A stretch of DNA of 47,875 bases, from contig JABANN010000244.1 of the NCBI GenBank assembly GCA_013115125.1, positions 1-47,875 of the forward strand, read 5' to 3'. The notes beneath the pieces are model-generated. The model was not told the origin of the DNA. It searched no databases and was given only the letters and a program-made list of their open reading frames with translations. The stretch is from Perkinsus olseni (lineage: Eukaryota). Of the stretch, positions 22,283 through 32,503 are shown piece by piece (the stretch's first letter is position 1; each line of letters begins with the position of its first letter). The position numbers were made by a program, and so were the translations under genes.

Positions 22283-23853
22283 TCACTTCGTTACAAGGTG
22301 TACAATAGAAGGGCCGGTCAAAACCGCTACCAAGATGCCGAGGAGGCCCAACATGACCGCCACCACGCGGCGAGTTGTAACTGAACACAGGCAGGTATGG
22401 TAGTCTGATCTGCGTGGGAGCAGCGCAGCCCCTCTTCGAGTGGCGTCCAGTTTGGCTGATGCCCACAGGCAGACCGCTGGAAACCACTGGACGGTGAGTA
22501 TCGAACAGATAGCAGAGATGACCGACACAGCCTCGACGAGAGAGTTGAACCACAGGAAAAGACAATAGGAGATGAGGATGATGGCGGAGGTGGCCAGCCA
22601 GTTGAGTTGTTCCGGAACGTTCAACCTTGTGTCGATAACCTGCCGCAGTGGATGCAGCAATAGAGGCGTCTTGGTGATGTTCACCAGCGCCATGAGGACT
22701 CGGCATGTATCGAAGAGTAGTGTCCGTGGTAGAGTCATGAGGAGATCGGGAGCCCTTCCGTAGAGGAACAGAGGGCTGGAGGAAGCACAGACGGCGAATA
22801 TGATGTACATCGCGAAGGCCCACGATAGGGCAATCGCCAACAGCAGGGGCATCTTAGGTCGATCGACGGGCTTGAGCTCACCATGGAGGCAGGGGAGGTT
22901 GATGTGCATGATGAAAGAGAAGATTCCCGCGGAGGCCGCCTGAGAGAAGGATGAAGGAGGGGAAGGGAATGACGAAAAATGTCACCTGTGAGAATGGAAC
23001 CCACGACCTCGCGGTGTCCGGCGGCGGCGGCGGTACAAGTTCTTCATCCATCAAATCCAGTCTACGGGGCGCCATGATGGCCGTGAAGACTACCGATACC
23101 CATATGAGTAGCATCAGGCCCACTCCAGTGTAGGAGGCGAACCTCACGCCGTGAAGGGACTTCGGCAGGGACGCCGCCCATCCTGCCAGGGCCGCCATGC
23201 CGCCTAGCATCCACCGAGGGACGCCTGGGAAGTAGGAATGGACCGAGTCGAACGACACCACGAACGTCATGCTGATGACCTGAAGATGATCACCGAGTAA
23301 AAGAGACCCCCCAAAAAGAGAAGAGATAGCCGCCCGTTCTTACACCGAACAGTACGACGGCCAGGACGGCGTCGATTGCCACGGACATGGTGTGGCCTTT
23401 GAAAAGTCGAGTGGCCAGGGCATAGTAGGTGTACTCCTCCAAGTAACCCGATAAAACCATCGTCAGCACGTACCTACCGCAGGAGCTGTCGAGCGAGAGA
23501 GGTGGTGATGCCACTACGCTGAGAGGTAGGAGGCCAGAACGGCTCCTATGAAAATGATGGACCCTGTGAGGTACCCCACTGCGCCAAATACGTATGGTAA
23601 TGCGAACATGCCTGAACGGCAGTGGATCGACAATGGGAAGCCGAGGCCGGCCGTACCCAGTCCGACCATCGTATTGACTATGTTGAAAACCGTACTTAGA
23701 GGCGTTGAGTAGCCGTGGCCCTCCAGGGTAGTCTGAGGGGGATGGGTTGCTGAATTGGTAGTAGCGGAGAGAACTCACGAGGTTCTTCATAGCCGCCGAC
23801 TCATACGACGGCAGCTCCTGCGGCGAGAGGAAAGGACTTTGTTCCACACCCAT
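22283..23853 (-). CDS. Amino acid transporter (Aa_trans/AAAP family); multi-exon
   Basis: STVFNIVNTMVGLGMFALPYVFGAVG, LPKSLHGVRFAS, FSFIMHINLP, TKTPLLLHPLRQ and many hydrophobic helices. Confidence 0.88.
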
Positions 23854-23997
23854 AGTTAGAACCTCCTAGGGATTTAGCACTACCCGCCAAGAAGCCTTTC
23901 AACGACTCTCCCGATACGGCCCTGGTGATCAACTACAACACCATTAGTGGTCGAGAAACGTTGGTGGGAGAATCCTGAAGGGCGTAGGTCGAGTAGT

Positions 23998-24765
23998 CTA
24001 CACGAGGTTGGCCTCTTCGCGAAGATACTCTCCAATATCCGCTTGATGGTACCTGAAGGTTGACAATACGTGTCCACGGGAAGACCACACATCCCCTACA
24101 CGACGATCTGTTCCGGTCCAGCCGTACGGCACTCTCCAACGCTCTTAGCGGTGACACCGAAGCCCAGCGGAACCTCCTGCTCATTCAGGATGACCACTCC
24201 TGTGTTCGCCGGAGTGTCTTCAGTCACACGACGGAGGTGAGCCTGACAGCCATGATTTCCTGTGAACCCAGGGGCGACCTAAGATACGGCCATCGAAAAT
24301 GCGCGCTACCTTCACGACGTGGTTGCCATAGACAAAGCTCTGCTCTCCCGTAGGCTTCACCCAAATCTTGTGCTGATTAAAAACGAAAGATTCCCTCCGG
24401 TTGACGTTTTCCGCATCTTACCGTGGCCAACTTAGCGAGGTAATCCAGGCAAGTGATATGAAGGCGGAACTTCCTCGAGTGGGTGAACTTGCCAAAACAA
24501 ACGCCCGCCGAAAGAAGGCACTTCCTGGGAATGTGTTGAGCCTTGCGGAGGAGATTCTCGGACATGTAGAAGACCCTGAGGTGTCCAAGGGTGGCCCTGG
24601 CTCTACTCACTACTGTACTGTCTTCCCGTACTACCTGTCCTTATGCAGCCTGAATACGTAGTTTTCGCCGTCAGCCCGATCGACCAGTAGCTGCAGGTTG
24701 GCCCCAAGGAACTTCTTCAGCTTCTCGAAAACCTGCCGGGTCTCTTCCTCGGTGAGAGCTCTCAT
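23998..24765 (-). CDS. NIP7: 60S ribosome subunit biogenesis protein NIP7; 5 exons
   Basis: [21 protein letters not shown]...FRLHKDRVFY...[20 protein letters not shown]...[23 protein letters not shown]...[10 protein letters not shown]...[13 protein letters not shown]. Confidence 0.95.
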
Positions 24766-25184
24766 TGAATGAAGGGAGGGACGGAACTGCCCAGCGGAGA
24801 TAGGTGCCGAAGAGTCCGCACTAGAACGCAAAACCGGGTGGATGAGAAATCAATAGGATAGTTATTCTAAGTTTCGCTGAATTATCACTGAAAGCCGCCC
24901 CGAGGACCACCGCTGCTGCGTGAGGTGGCAGTCCACGGGACAGATGATAGTCCAGTAAAAAACGTGAGCAGGAAGAGCGATCTCCTGCCATACGGATGAG
25001 CATGCCACTTAGGAAAAGTACCAACGGTGACGCCATGGCCGGCGACAGCCCTCACAGTGGCTATCGGCCGCTGGGGCCATTGCCCTAGGGAAAATTATGA
25101 GTAATCAACGGCGAGAGAGAACGAGGGCTCTTCGCTGGGAAGAACCTCCTCGGGTCCTCTCGCTGTTGTTGTTGTTGGAGTCAA

Positions 25185-25757
25185 TCACCAATCGTCGTCA
25201 TCGTCAATCACCACAGTCTCCTCTATTATAGTAGGGCTCTCCTCAATCACCACCGGGGACTCCTCCACCACCACGGTTGTCGATGGTTGTTCCATCGCAC
25301 TCCCCAGCATCATACCGCCCAGGAATCCAGCCGTACCAGCCAGCATCGCAGTGCCCAGGCCGACTTCAGGCTGAGGGGCGGCAGGGGCGGCAGGGGCGGA
25401 GTGTTCAACAACAGTAGTGGTGTGGGTCTCTACCACTTGATTCTGGACCACAGGTGGCTGTGGGGCAGTCTGCACAGTGCTCACTGACGCCACAGATTGC
25501 TGGTTCTGTGCGACTGGATAGTACTGACCATCAGAACCGAGGACGGCAACACGACCATCGGGCATAACGATCTGATGGGGTTGGGCGGGCTGTGGCATGA
25601 CAGCGGGCTTCACCTCTTCCACCGGCTGGGCCCCGTAGGTGAAGTTTTGAGGGGCTCCTGGGGCTTCATAGGTGCTACGGGTGACCGTAGTCGTTGCTGG
25701 AGGGGGCATGGCCGCAGTGGTGGTGGGACCGTCGAAACAGCAGCAGAGATTCCCCAT
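25185..25757 (-). CDS. Pro/Val/Thr-rich protein with N-terminal myristoylation/palmitoylation motif; single exon
   Basis: Starts MGNLCCCF; Gly-rich hydrophobic segment GTAMLAGTAGFLGGMMLGSAM; acidic VVEESP repeats; ends DDDDDW. Confidence 0.8.
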   Translation of the reverse strand: MGNLCCCFDGPTTTAAMPPPATTTVTRSTYEAPGAPQNFTYGAQPVEEVKPAVMPQPAQPHQIVMPDGRVAVLGSDGQYYPVAQNQQSVASVSTVQTAPQPPVVQNQVVETHTTTVVEHSAPAAPAAPQPEVGLGTAMLAGTAGFLGGMMLGSAMEQPSTTVVVEESPVVIEESPTIIEETVVIDDDDDW

Positions 25758-26269
25758 TATCTGGTTAAAATTGGGCGACTGAGAGCACCAAATAAACTGA
25801 AACAAACCGTGATAATTTCGAGAGCCTTCCGACCCCTAGCGAGACTGAATCGCCGCACTCTTGCCAAAGCCCGAAGCCGCTCCGCCACATCCGTCAGTAA
25901 ACGCTCCATATTGAGGAGTGCTATCCCGGTCTAGGAGGGTAGACTGAAGCGAGAGCCCCACGTGGATCGAAAAACCAGTATCAGCAACAGCGTCATGCAG
26001 ATGGACCTTTCGAGAGTACCCTACCATAATACTAGAATCGTAATGAGTGTGACCAACCTGAGTCACAGCGAGGAGGCCCTCCTCTGGAAGAACCGAAGGG
26101 AAGTCCTCATACGACGTAAGGCGGACCTATGCTGATGAGTTTGCAGTTTCTGTCGGAGCGCCAACAGGGAGCGCTCACACAGGCATCAGGCTACTCAATT
26201 GAACAGAGAATTTCCTGTGCGAAAGGCGTCAATAATCTGTTATGTCGGTGGGAAGGCAACGAAAGAAGC

Positions 26270-26373
26270 CAAAAAAATGTCGGGAGAAATGACTAGCGCA
26301 GGGTCCGAACCCGAGATCTGAAGTTACGCTGGTGTAAAGTCCTCGGCCGCGTACTCCCTCTGGAGCAAGAGAC
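26270..26373 (-). pseudogene. tRNA-like / SINE-like fragment
   Basis: The - strand has a T-arm-like TCGGG-TTCGGAC-CCTGC, then GCTAGTCA and a T7 run. The acceptor stem and D arm do not pair convincingly. Confidence 0.3.
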
Positions 26374-27359
26374 GGTGTGGAAGGTCATTCCGCTTCGTCT
26401 GACTACATGGCGTAGACCACACTCACGGGCCGGGGATGCTACCTCAGCCTGTGAGAGTAGTTCTAACCGACGGCGGCGTCACCGTGACACCGCCAGAGTT
26501 AAACGAGTTCGGTGAGATCCGATACATCGTTCTCGCGAAAATCTCGAGTCGTGCGAAAGTAGGCCTTCGAAGATGGCCACTGCTACTTGAACGCACGCAG
26601 GCCTCGCAGCCCCTCCAGGCCGAAGCTGAAAGGTCGTACACTATGAGCACGCGTGCTGTCGTGCAGCGAGAAAGACAGTCTTTCTCGTTTGTACCTAGAC
26701 TGCCTTCCATTGAAACCGTAGAGTGTCATAACTGAGAAGTTTCTATCGACTCCGTCCAGCACGTCTACACGACATAGTGCCTGTCAGGACAGGTGCATTA
26801 TGAGAGGAACCAGTACCGTTACAACGTAATGATGCCCCGCGACGGCTGGGCTCGTGCGTGCCCAATAGTGAAAACCCGTAGTGCGGTCATACTTGGAAGT
26901 TCCTCTGTGGTGTACGGTTACCGTACTTCTACAAAGGAACTTTCAAGTACTGAGGTTGAAGTCTATCACTGCGACTACCATCATTGCTACTTAGTAGTCC
27001 CGGGATCGCTACCTACTTGCATCTGGTATCATTCTGCGCTTCCCACTTGCTTGTACGAGTACGGGTGACGCTTGATGCGTGCCAGATCACGCTACAGATC
27101 ACGCTTATGAGCACGATCAGCCCTAATTCTTCCTAAGTCTTCAAGCACTATCGTAGTGGAGAGGGTGCGGTTCTCCTGTGGGTCTCGAGATCCACTCATT
27201 GCGCAGTAGATTCGAGGCACGGGACGAAAGCGGTCTTGCGGTAGGGGAGACCCCTTGGGGCCTACGTGGACTGCCTTGCACTTCTCGTGTCCGTCAAAAG
27301 CCAGGCAATCGAACAACTATCTCCCTCGTTTCACTCAGAGCTTTCTTTCTCTGCGAAGT

Positions 27360-27874
27360 ATGTCTCTCACCCTGAAGTATCTACTAGCGGTGCCACTGAT
27401 CGTTTTCAGTGTGGCCCAAGTGCCCAGCCATCCAACCTTCCTCGCTCCCAAGGGCAGCAACGGACCGCCGCCTGTGACTGCAGCGGCCGCAGAAGATGAA
27501 CAGAATGTATGGACGTGGCTCGTAGCTCAGATGCAACACAACACAAGTTGAGCTCTCTGGACGACATACCACCACCTCTGGCCGCCGTAGCCCACGACAG
27601 CGAGGATCCGTTCTGGACGAGTTTGGCAGAACAAATGCAAGACGACTTGAGCTTACTCGGTATCGATGACAGCGTCATACTACCAGTTTTGGCCTACGCC
27701 GCTGAAAACAACGAAGATCCTTTCTATGTGTCTCTCCTGTCTCAAGTGTTCGCTGCCGACTCAAGTACTCTGGCAACTGGTGCTACCGACCTTTCACGAT
27801 CCGCGGCCATCCAAGCGAAGGATACGACGAACCCCTTCGTGTTGTGGCTGCTGAGTATCTTTTTTATCTTCTGA
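27360..27874 (+). pseudogene. Secreted four-repeat protein, copy A, frameshifted by a 5-bp duplication
   Basis: Signal peptide MSLTLKYLLAVPLIVFSVAQ. CAACACAACACAAG at 27534-27547 shifts the frame; removing AACAC restores a 169-aa ORF colinear with copy C. Confidence 0.75.
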
Positions 27875-28779
27875 GCTCATCTCCTCGTTCCTTCTATGCT
27901 GCTTAACCACCAAGCAATACAACGAGCATGGATAATGCTCATAAAAAGGTCTGCATCAAGTTCTATCTCTCGAAAAGATTACTCGAGAGTTCACGGTCAC
28001 TTGGGAGTTCTTGCCCACATGGCACGAAGCTATCGACACGGTAGTCTTGTCAAAACGACATACTCCTGATTTACAGTGTGATTAGTAGACTCTCGCTGTG
28101 GGTTTTCTGTATCATGACCCACGTATAAAGGGCTTGTAGATGATATGCTTATGGCATTATTGTTCAGTCCCACTATTCTCGTTTAACCAGGTTTCTACCT
28201 CTTGATTGACAAACTTGCGTTCAGTCAAGTACGCAGGGCCAGTCTCTCCCATACCATACTCAGTCGAGAGCAAGTTCGTAGCGCGAGTGTTGAAACTGGC
28301 GCCAACTGTAGTTATGGACAATAGTACGGTCAGGAAGCTGATAGTTACACGATGACCCCGTTGGATACTCTCTCTACCGCCACGAGGGATTACTAAAAGT
28401 AATCTTGTATGAGTCTCGGACCTGATACAAACCTTCTTGAGATACTTGAATAATATAGTAGTAGCTAGGAGGTGGTACGACGGATAGGACCCCTTGACAT
28501 GAGGGACTAGATCAAAAGGGATATCAGAATCGAGAAGTATTGGGGAGTTGCTGCAAAGACACAATACTGGCATGTGGATGGATCCTTGCAACACACTTCC
28601 ACAAAATGGCCACAACTCGGCTAGTAGTTTCGGCTCAGGTAACATGAGACGGTTGTTCCGCCCTAGTCTCGGTCGACAATAGTCGAGACAGGTGAGACTC
28701 TTCCCTCTGAGTAAGAAAGAGATGAGTGAAATTGCGAGCTTCGAATACCTCTCGGCAAGTATCAGGGTGCAGTGGAAAA

Positions 28780-29480
28780 ACTATGAACGAAACTTGCTGG
28801 TGCTGGAGCCAGATGGGCTATCTCTAGTATCCAACATACAGTATCTGAGATAGTGTATGGCCGATATTAAAGGAGTCCTAGGAGCACGAACGTTATAAAG
28901 ACCAGTCCATGATTGACGAACACGACCAGCCGATGTGAGCCGATATGACCAAAGAGGCTGTTGTCGAGCCACTCGGGAGACAGTGCTCGAAGAAAACCTC
29001 GCCATCGTTATGGACGGTGCGGGGTGAGAACTTCGGAGTCGAACCTCGGATGACGGTGGCTGGCATCACGGCAAGCAGGCGCAGGCCACTGAGGATCAGC
29101 CTGATCCTCAGTCTGATCTCTGATCCGATCAGAGAAATTCTCTGAGAGAATCCTCTGAGTTCGTCCGCGTAAAGAAAGAATTGGCCGTTTAGTTGCGCCA
29201 AGATGTGGCGTCTACGACGTCACGTCGTGCAGTCTGCACGCGTCAGAGCTCTCAGCGACAGGCTTTGCTTCAGAGCGTCTGCTCGTTCAGGCATCGGACA
29301 TGCTGGGGGAAGTCCCTCGGCAAAAATGACGCTTATGAATAGAGACTCCTCGCGAAGAGTTCCAAGGGACGTTGCATGGCAGTCGCTCCGGGCGTCAGCT
29401 GTACAATGCGCCATGATGCGCTGCTTAAGAAGATTCTCCGCTTCTTGCAGCCACAGTGTGGGGTACCCCTTCGGTTTTTG
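28780..29480 (-). mobile_element. Decayed Tc1/IS630-like DDE transposase remnant
   Basis: GYPTLWLQEA (HTH-like), FFLYADE (first catalytic Asp context), HNDGEVFFEHCLPSGSTTA and LYNVRAP (LDN-like) in the expected order, across broken frames. Confidence 0.4.
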
Positions 29481-29983
29481 GATATTGAGTTTGTGATATT
29501 CTTGTGTAATCTTCCGAATTCGGCTGTGTATCTATTCCTCCTCGCTCGACGACGCGATGGTGATGTACAACGAACTTGTTGTGCATATTTAAGCATCATG
29601 CTTACATCTCTTCCTATGTCGGATTTAGTATAGTATATCCCCGTTACTGGCCGGAACACGGTTACTAAAGTCAGGAAAGAAATAACAACACAGGGATATT
29701 TTTTGCAGATCTGATGGATTCATGAGATTTCTCCTCTAGCTAGCACGCGCACTAACCTGGTTGTATGGATCACGCTAAAACCAGCTTTGCAAAGAGTTCG
29801 GGTTCCGGTGAACCAACTGGTTCTCTATTCAGTTCGGAGACTTCGAAAGAGTCGTCTGAACGAATCGGATTTCACTCAAGGCGCCCGCTGTGTCTTGAGG
29901 GCCACCCTTTGTAGCCTACCCGACGGAATCTCCCTATTGGTGTGCTCGTACCTCAAGCTTTTCGACTTTGGCCAGCTGAAAGT

Positions 29984-30264
29984 AGGTCCATCACCCTAAG
30001 GTATCTTCTCTCGGTTCCGCTCCTCGGTTTGGTGGTCGCCCAAACGTCCAGCAACTTGATGGCTCAGGACATCGATAGCCCCGAAGGCATCACCTCCTGC
30101 GGCTCCTCTTTAGGCTCAGAGCGACTTCTTCGATCTGTTCGGGGGAATTTTTACAGATGTTGGCGGAATCTTCGGGGACTTCTTCTTCTTTTAATGATGA
30201 TACCATCGCTATGATACTCGCCTCTTCAGCATTTCGCTCGTCCGATTGTTCTGGTGTTTTGTAA
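29984..30264 (+). pseudogene. Secreted four-repeat protein, copy B, start codon lost and truncated
   Basis: AAGTAGGTCCATCACCCTAAGGTAT aligns to copy A AAGTATGTCTCTCACCCTGAAGTAT (ATG to AGG); SITLRYLLSVPLLGLVVAQ; frameshift and stop downstream. Confidence 0.65.
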
Positions 30265-30399
30265 CGCTTCTCGACCAAGAGGTACGAGGTGTCCTCATGG
30301 CCTTCTTTACGCTCCATCTTTCGAGTTGATTTACTACTAGAGTGAATCTCTCACTCGCAACACTGGTCTACGGTTAATGTGCTATTTTTGTCAAAACGA

Positions 30400-30850
30400 C
30401 AAAATCATCAACGGCATCGCAAACGACGAGTAGAGCGCTTCGCGTGTATCATGGGTAACAATCGCGTCCCCTTGTCGCGCTCCGCGCTTCGCCCCATCAT
30501 CCAAAGGATGGGGCGGGCTGGACGTGTCTAGTGCCGTTACCATGGCAAGGCGCTTGGTCCAATACTCGGCTTTCATGGGCCTGCAAGTCCGTGATCGCTT
30601 GGGTTCTGGCGGTTCCGGGAGACCTCTCACAGAGCTGCGCTTGCCTCAGGTTCCGACAGTCGTACGCCCCACTCCCCCTCCCTACACTCAGAGGTTTCAT
30701 TAGGAGGGAGATCTTGCGCCACGGCTATTCGGCCCAGCGGTTTCGGGGCATCATGCTGTGTAACTCGCTGTAGCTTAGTGGTAGAGCTTCTGCTTCGTAA
30801 ATTACGAACTGTAGGTTCGACTAGAACCGTTCGAGGTTTGAACTCCAAGC
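30400..30850 (-). mobile_element. hAT C-terminal dimerisation-domain remnant
   Basis: Across frames: DLPPN...EASAA/LCERS, PKRSRTCRPM...RLAMVTAL, resembling TASCERSFSxLKRIKTYLRSTM...RL. Confidence 0.45.
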
Positions 30851-31670
30851 TAGCCTCGCGTGCTCACCCAGAGCAGTACTCCGAACGAATACTCCTCTCA
30901 TGCCTTTTTGGCACGCTGGACCCTACAGGTGCCGGTGCCCAGTTACCACGAGGGACTCATTGGAGGTTATCTTGCGCACCTCAGGACATCCCGAGAAATG
31001 CTCAGGCGTGAAGGATTATCTTTGCCAACTTGGCAATGCCAAGGTGGGCACTACCAGCGCCTAGCCGCGAGCTGGTAGCCTGACGACGAGTCGCCACTGG
31101 CGTCGCCGGAAAAAAACTTACCAGCTTTAGGTTGCCACTCTGACGAAATTCCCTCAGTGATATGCTGTCGCAGACCGACGACAAAACACTTGGCTGTAGA
31201 CACTCGGCGGCACGCAAGTACGTGCACGTGCGCGGAATCCCATGAAATAGATGTATTTATCTCCGACTTCCCATCCAAATCAAGCCCATATTGGAGACGA
31301 TGGGGGAGTGCAGTACTTCACACGATTAATCCTTCACCGACGAGGGCGCTTTCTTAGCCTCAGGGCGTCAGTGTGTTGTACCGGCAATACCGTAGGAAAA
31401 ACTAGGCTCGTGTCACTAGCGCAGTCTACCTCGAGTAACATTCCCGTCACCGGGAATTGTCTTCTTATTCTAGGTGTCACACGCTATTTCTGGGTCTAAT
31501 CCATGGACTTTCGCAGAATGATAAATTTAACTATGGCAGAGTGGCTACGGATGGTTCAGTGTTGTGCCCTCGTCGCAAGGTTGGGTCGCATTGTGCCCCT
31601 ATAGTGATGAGATTGGACATGACTAGTAGACAGCCCCGAAGACACTTTGTCGATCGCTTCGCCGGCACGC

Positions 31671-31748
31671 GTCACGTCACGTCACGTCACGTCACGTCAC
31701 GTCACGTCACGTCACGTCACGTCACGTCACGTCACGTCACGTCACGTC
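31671..31748. repeat. (GTCAC)n pentanucleotide satellite running into an assembly gap
   Basis: About 15.6 perfect units before the N run. Confidence 0.97.
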
Positions 31749-31846
31749 NNNNNNNNNNNNNNNNNNNNNNNNNNNNNNNNNNNNNNNNNNNNNNNNNNNN
31801 NNNNNNNNNNNNNNNNNNNNNNNNNNNNNNNNNNNNNNNNNNNNNN
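31749..31846. other. Assembly gap (98 N)
   Basis: Run of n characters. Confidence 1.
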
Positions 31847-31981
31847 TCACTGACGTGTCGAAAGACTTAGTATTCAGCTTGTAGATGCAAGAGGATATAG
31901 CCTTCAATGCCAACGCCCTTCTGGGGCGCTAGAAGCTACTATCTGGCTCTGCAGGTATCCTTCTCTTCTCTCTTGCAAGGT

Positions 31982-32503
31982 ATGTCCATCATCCTAGGAT
32001 ATTTGCCCTGTGTTCTTCTCCTCCACTTGGTAGTCGTCGCCACGCCCAGCAGGTTGAGATCGATGGCGACCTATGACATCTACTCGGAACCACCCATGCC
32101 CATCGCTTGTGAAAGTTTTGTCGATCCCCTAGCGTCGCTTCTGGTAACTCAAGTCCGCGCCGAGTTGAACTCCTCGGCAACCAAAGACTACTTGCCACAG
32201 GGGCTGGCTATCACAGCGGAAGACGGTGGACATCCTTTCTGGGTGTCACTGGCAGCTCAAGTGCGTGAAGAGTTTGGCTCCCCGGGTCTCAATGACACAG
32301 AAATACTATTGTCCCTGGCAAGCGCGGTTGAGAATGACGATGACTTTCTGTTGGAGTTGCTCCCCACTGAAACGACTGTATCAAGCCCCGCGGCTACCTA
32401 CGGCGACGACCTCACAAGCCCTCAAGCCGCCGTAGCTAGACATCGTGAAAACCCTGTCGTGATATGGATTGTTAATTTCTGGTGGCTCTTATCCGGGGGG
32501 TGA
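31982..32503 (+). CDS. Secreted four-repeat protein, copy C; intact, 173 aa, intronless
   Basis: Signal peptide MSIILGYLPCVLLLHLVVVA; repeats such as AEDGGHPFWVSLAAQV; C-terminus ENPVVIWIVNFWWLLSGG; homologous to 27360-27874. Confidence 0.75.
   Translation: MSIILGYLPCVLLLHLVVVATPSRLRSMATYDIYSEPPMPIACESFVDPLASLLVTQVRAELNSSATKDYLPQGLAITAEDGGHPFWVSLAAQVREEFGSPGLNDTEILLSLASAVENDDDFLLELLPTETTVSSPAATYGDDLTSPQAAVARHRENPVVIWIVNFWWLLSGG

Noticed and set aside
24840-25130. RNase MRP/U3-like ncRNA between NIP7 and the acylated protein
   Set aside because: One hairpin (GCAGGAAG...CTCCTGC) and partial boxes only; the P4 helix and C/D boxes do not fit.
25836-26066. Retroelement aspartic protease (AVADTG)
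   Set aside because: A single short motif with no adjacent gag or RT evidence.
28157-28645. 162-aa - strand ORF
   Set aside because: No recognisable motif and composition unlike the confirmed genes; cannot be supported without expression or homology data.
17715-32503. Borosin-like RiPP cluster linking the MTase-like gene to the hydrophobic-tailed repeat proteins
   Set aside because: The genes are more than 7 kb apart with housekeeping genes between them. The MTase-like protein lacks borosin (class III) motifs, and the precursors are secretory while the enzyme has no signal peptide.
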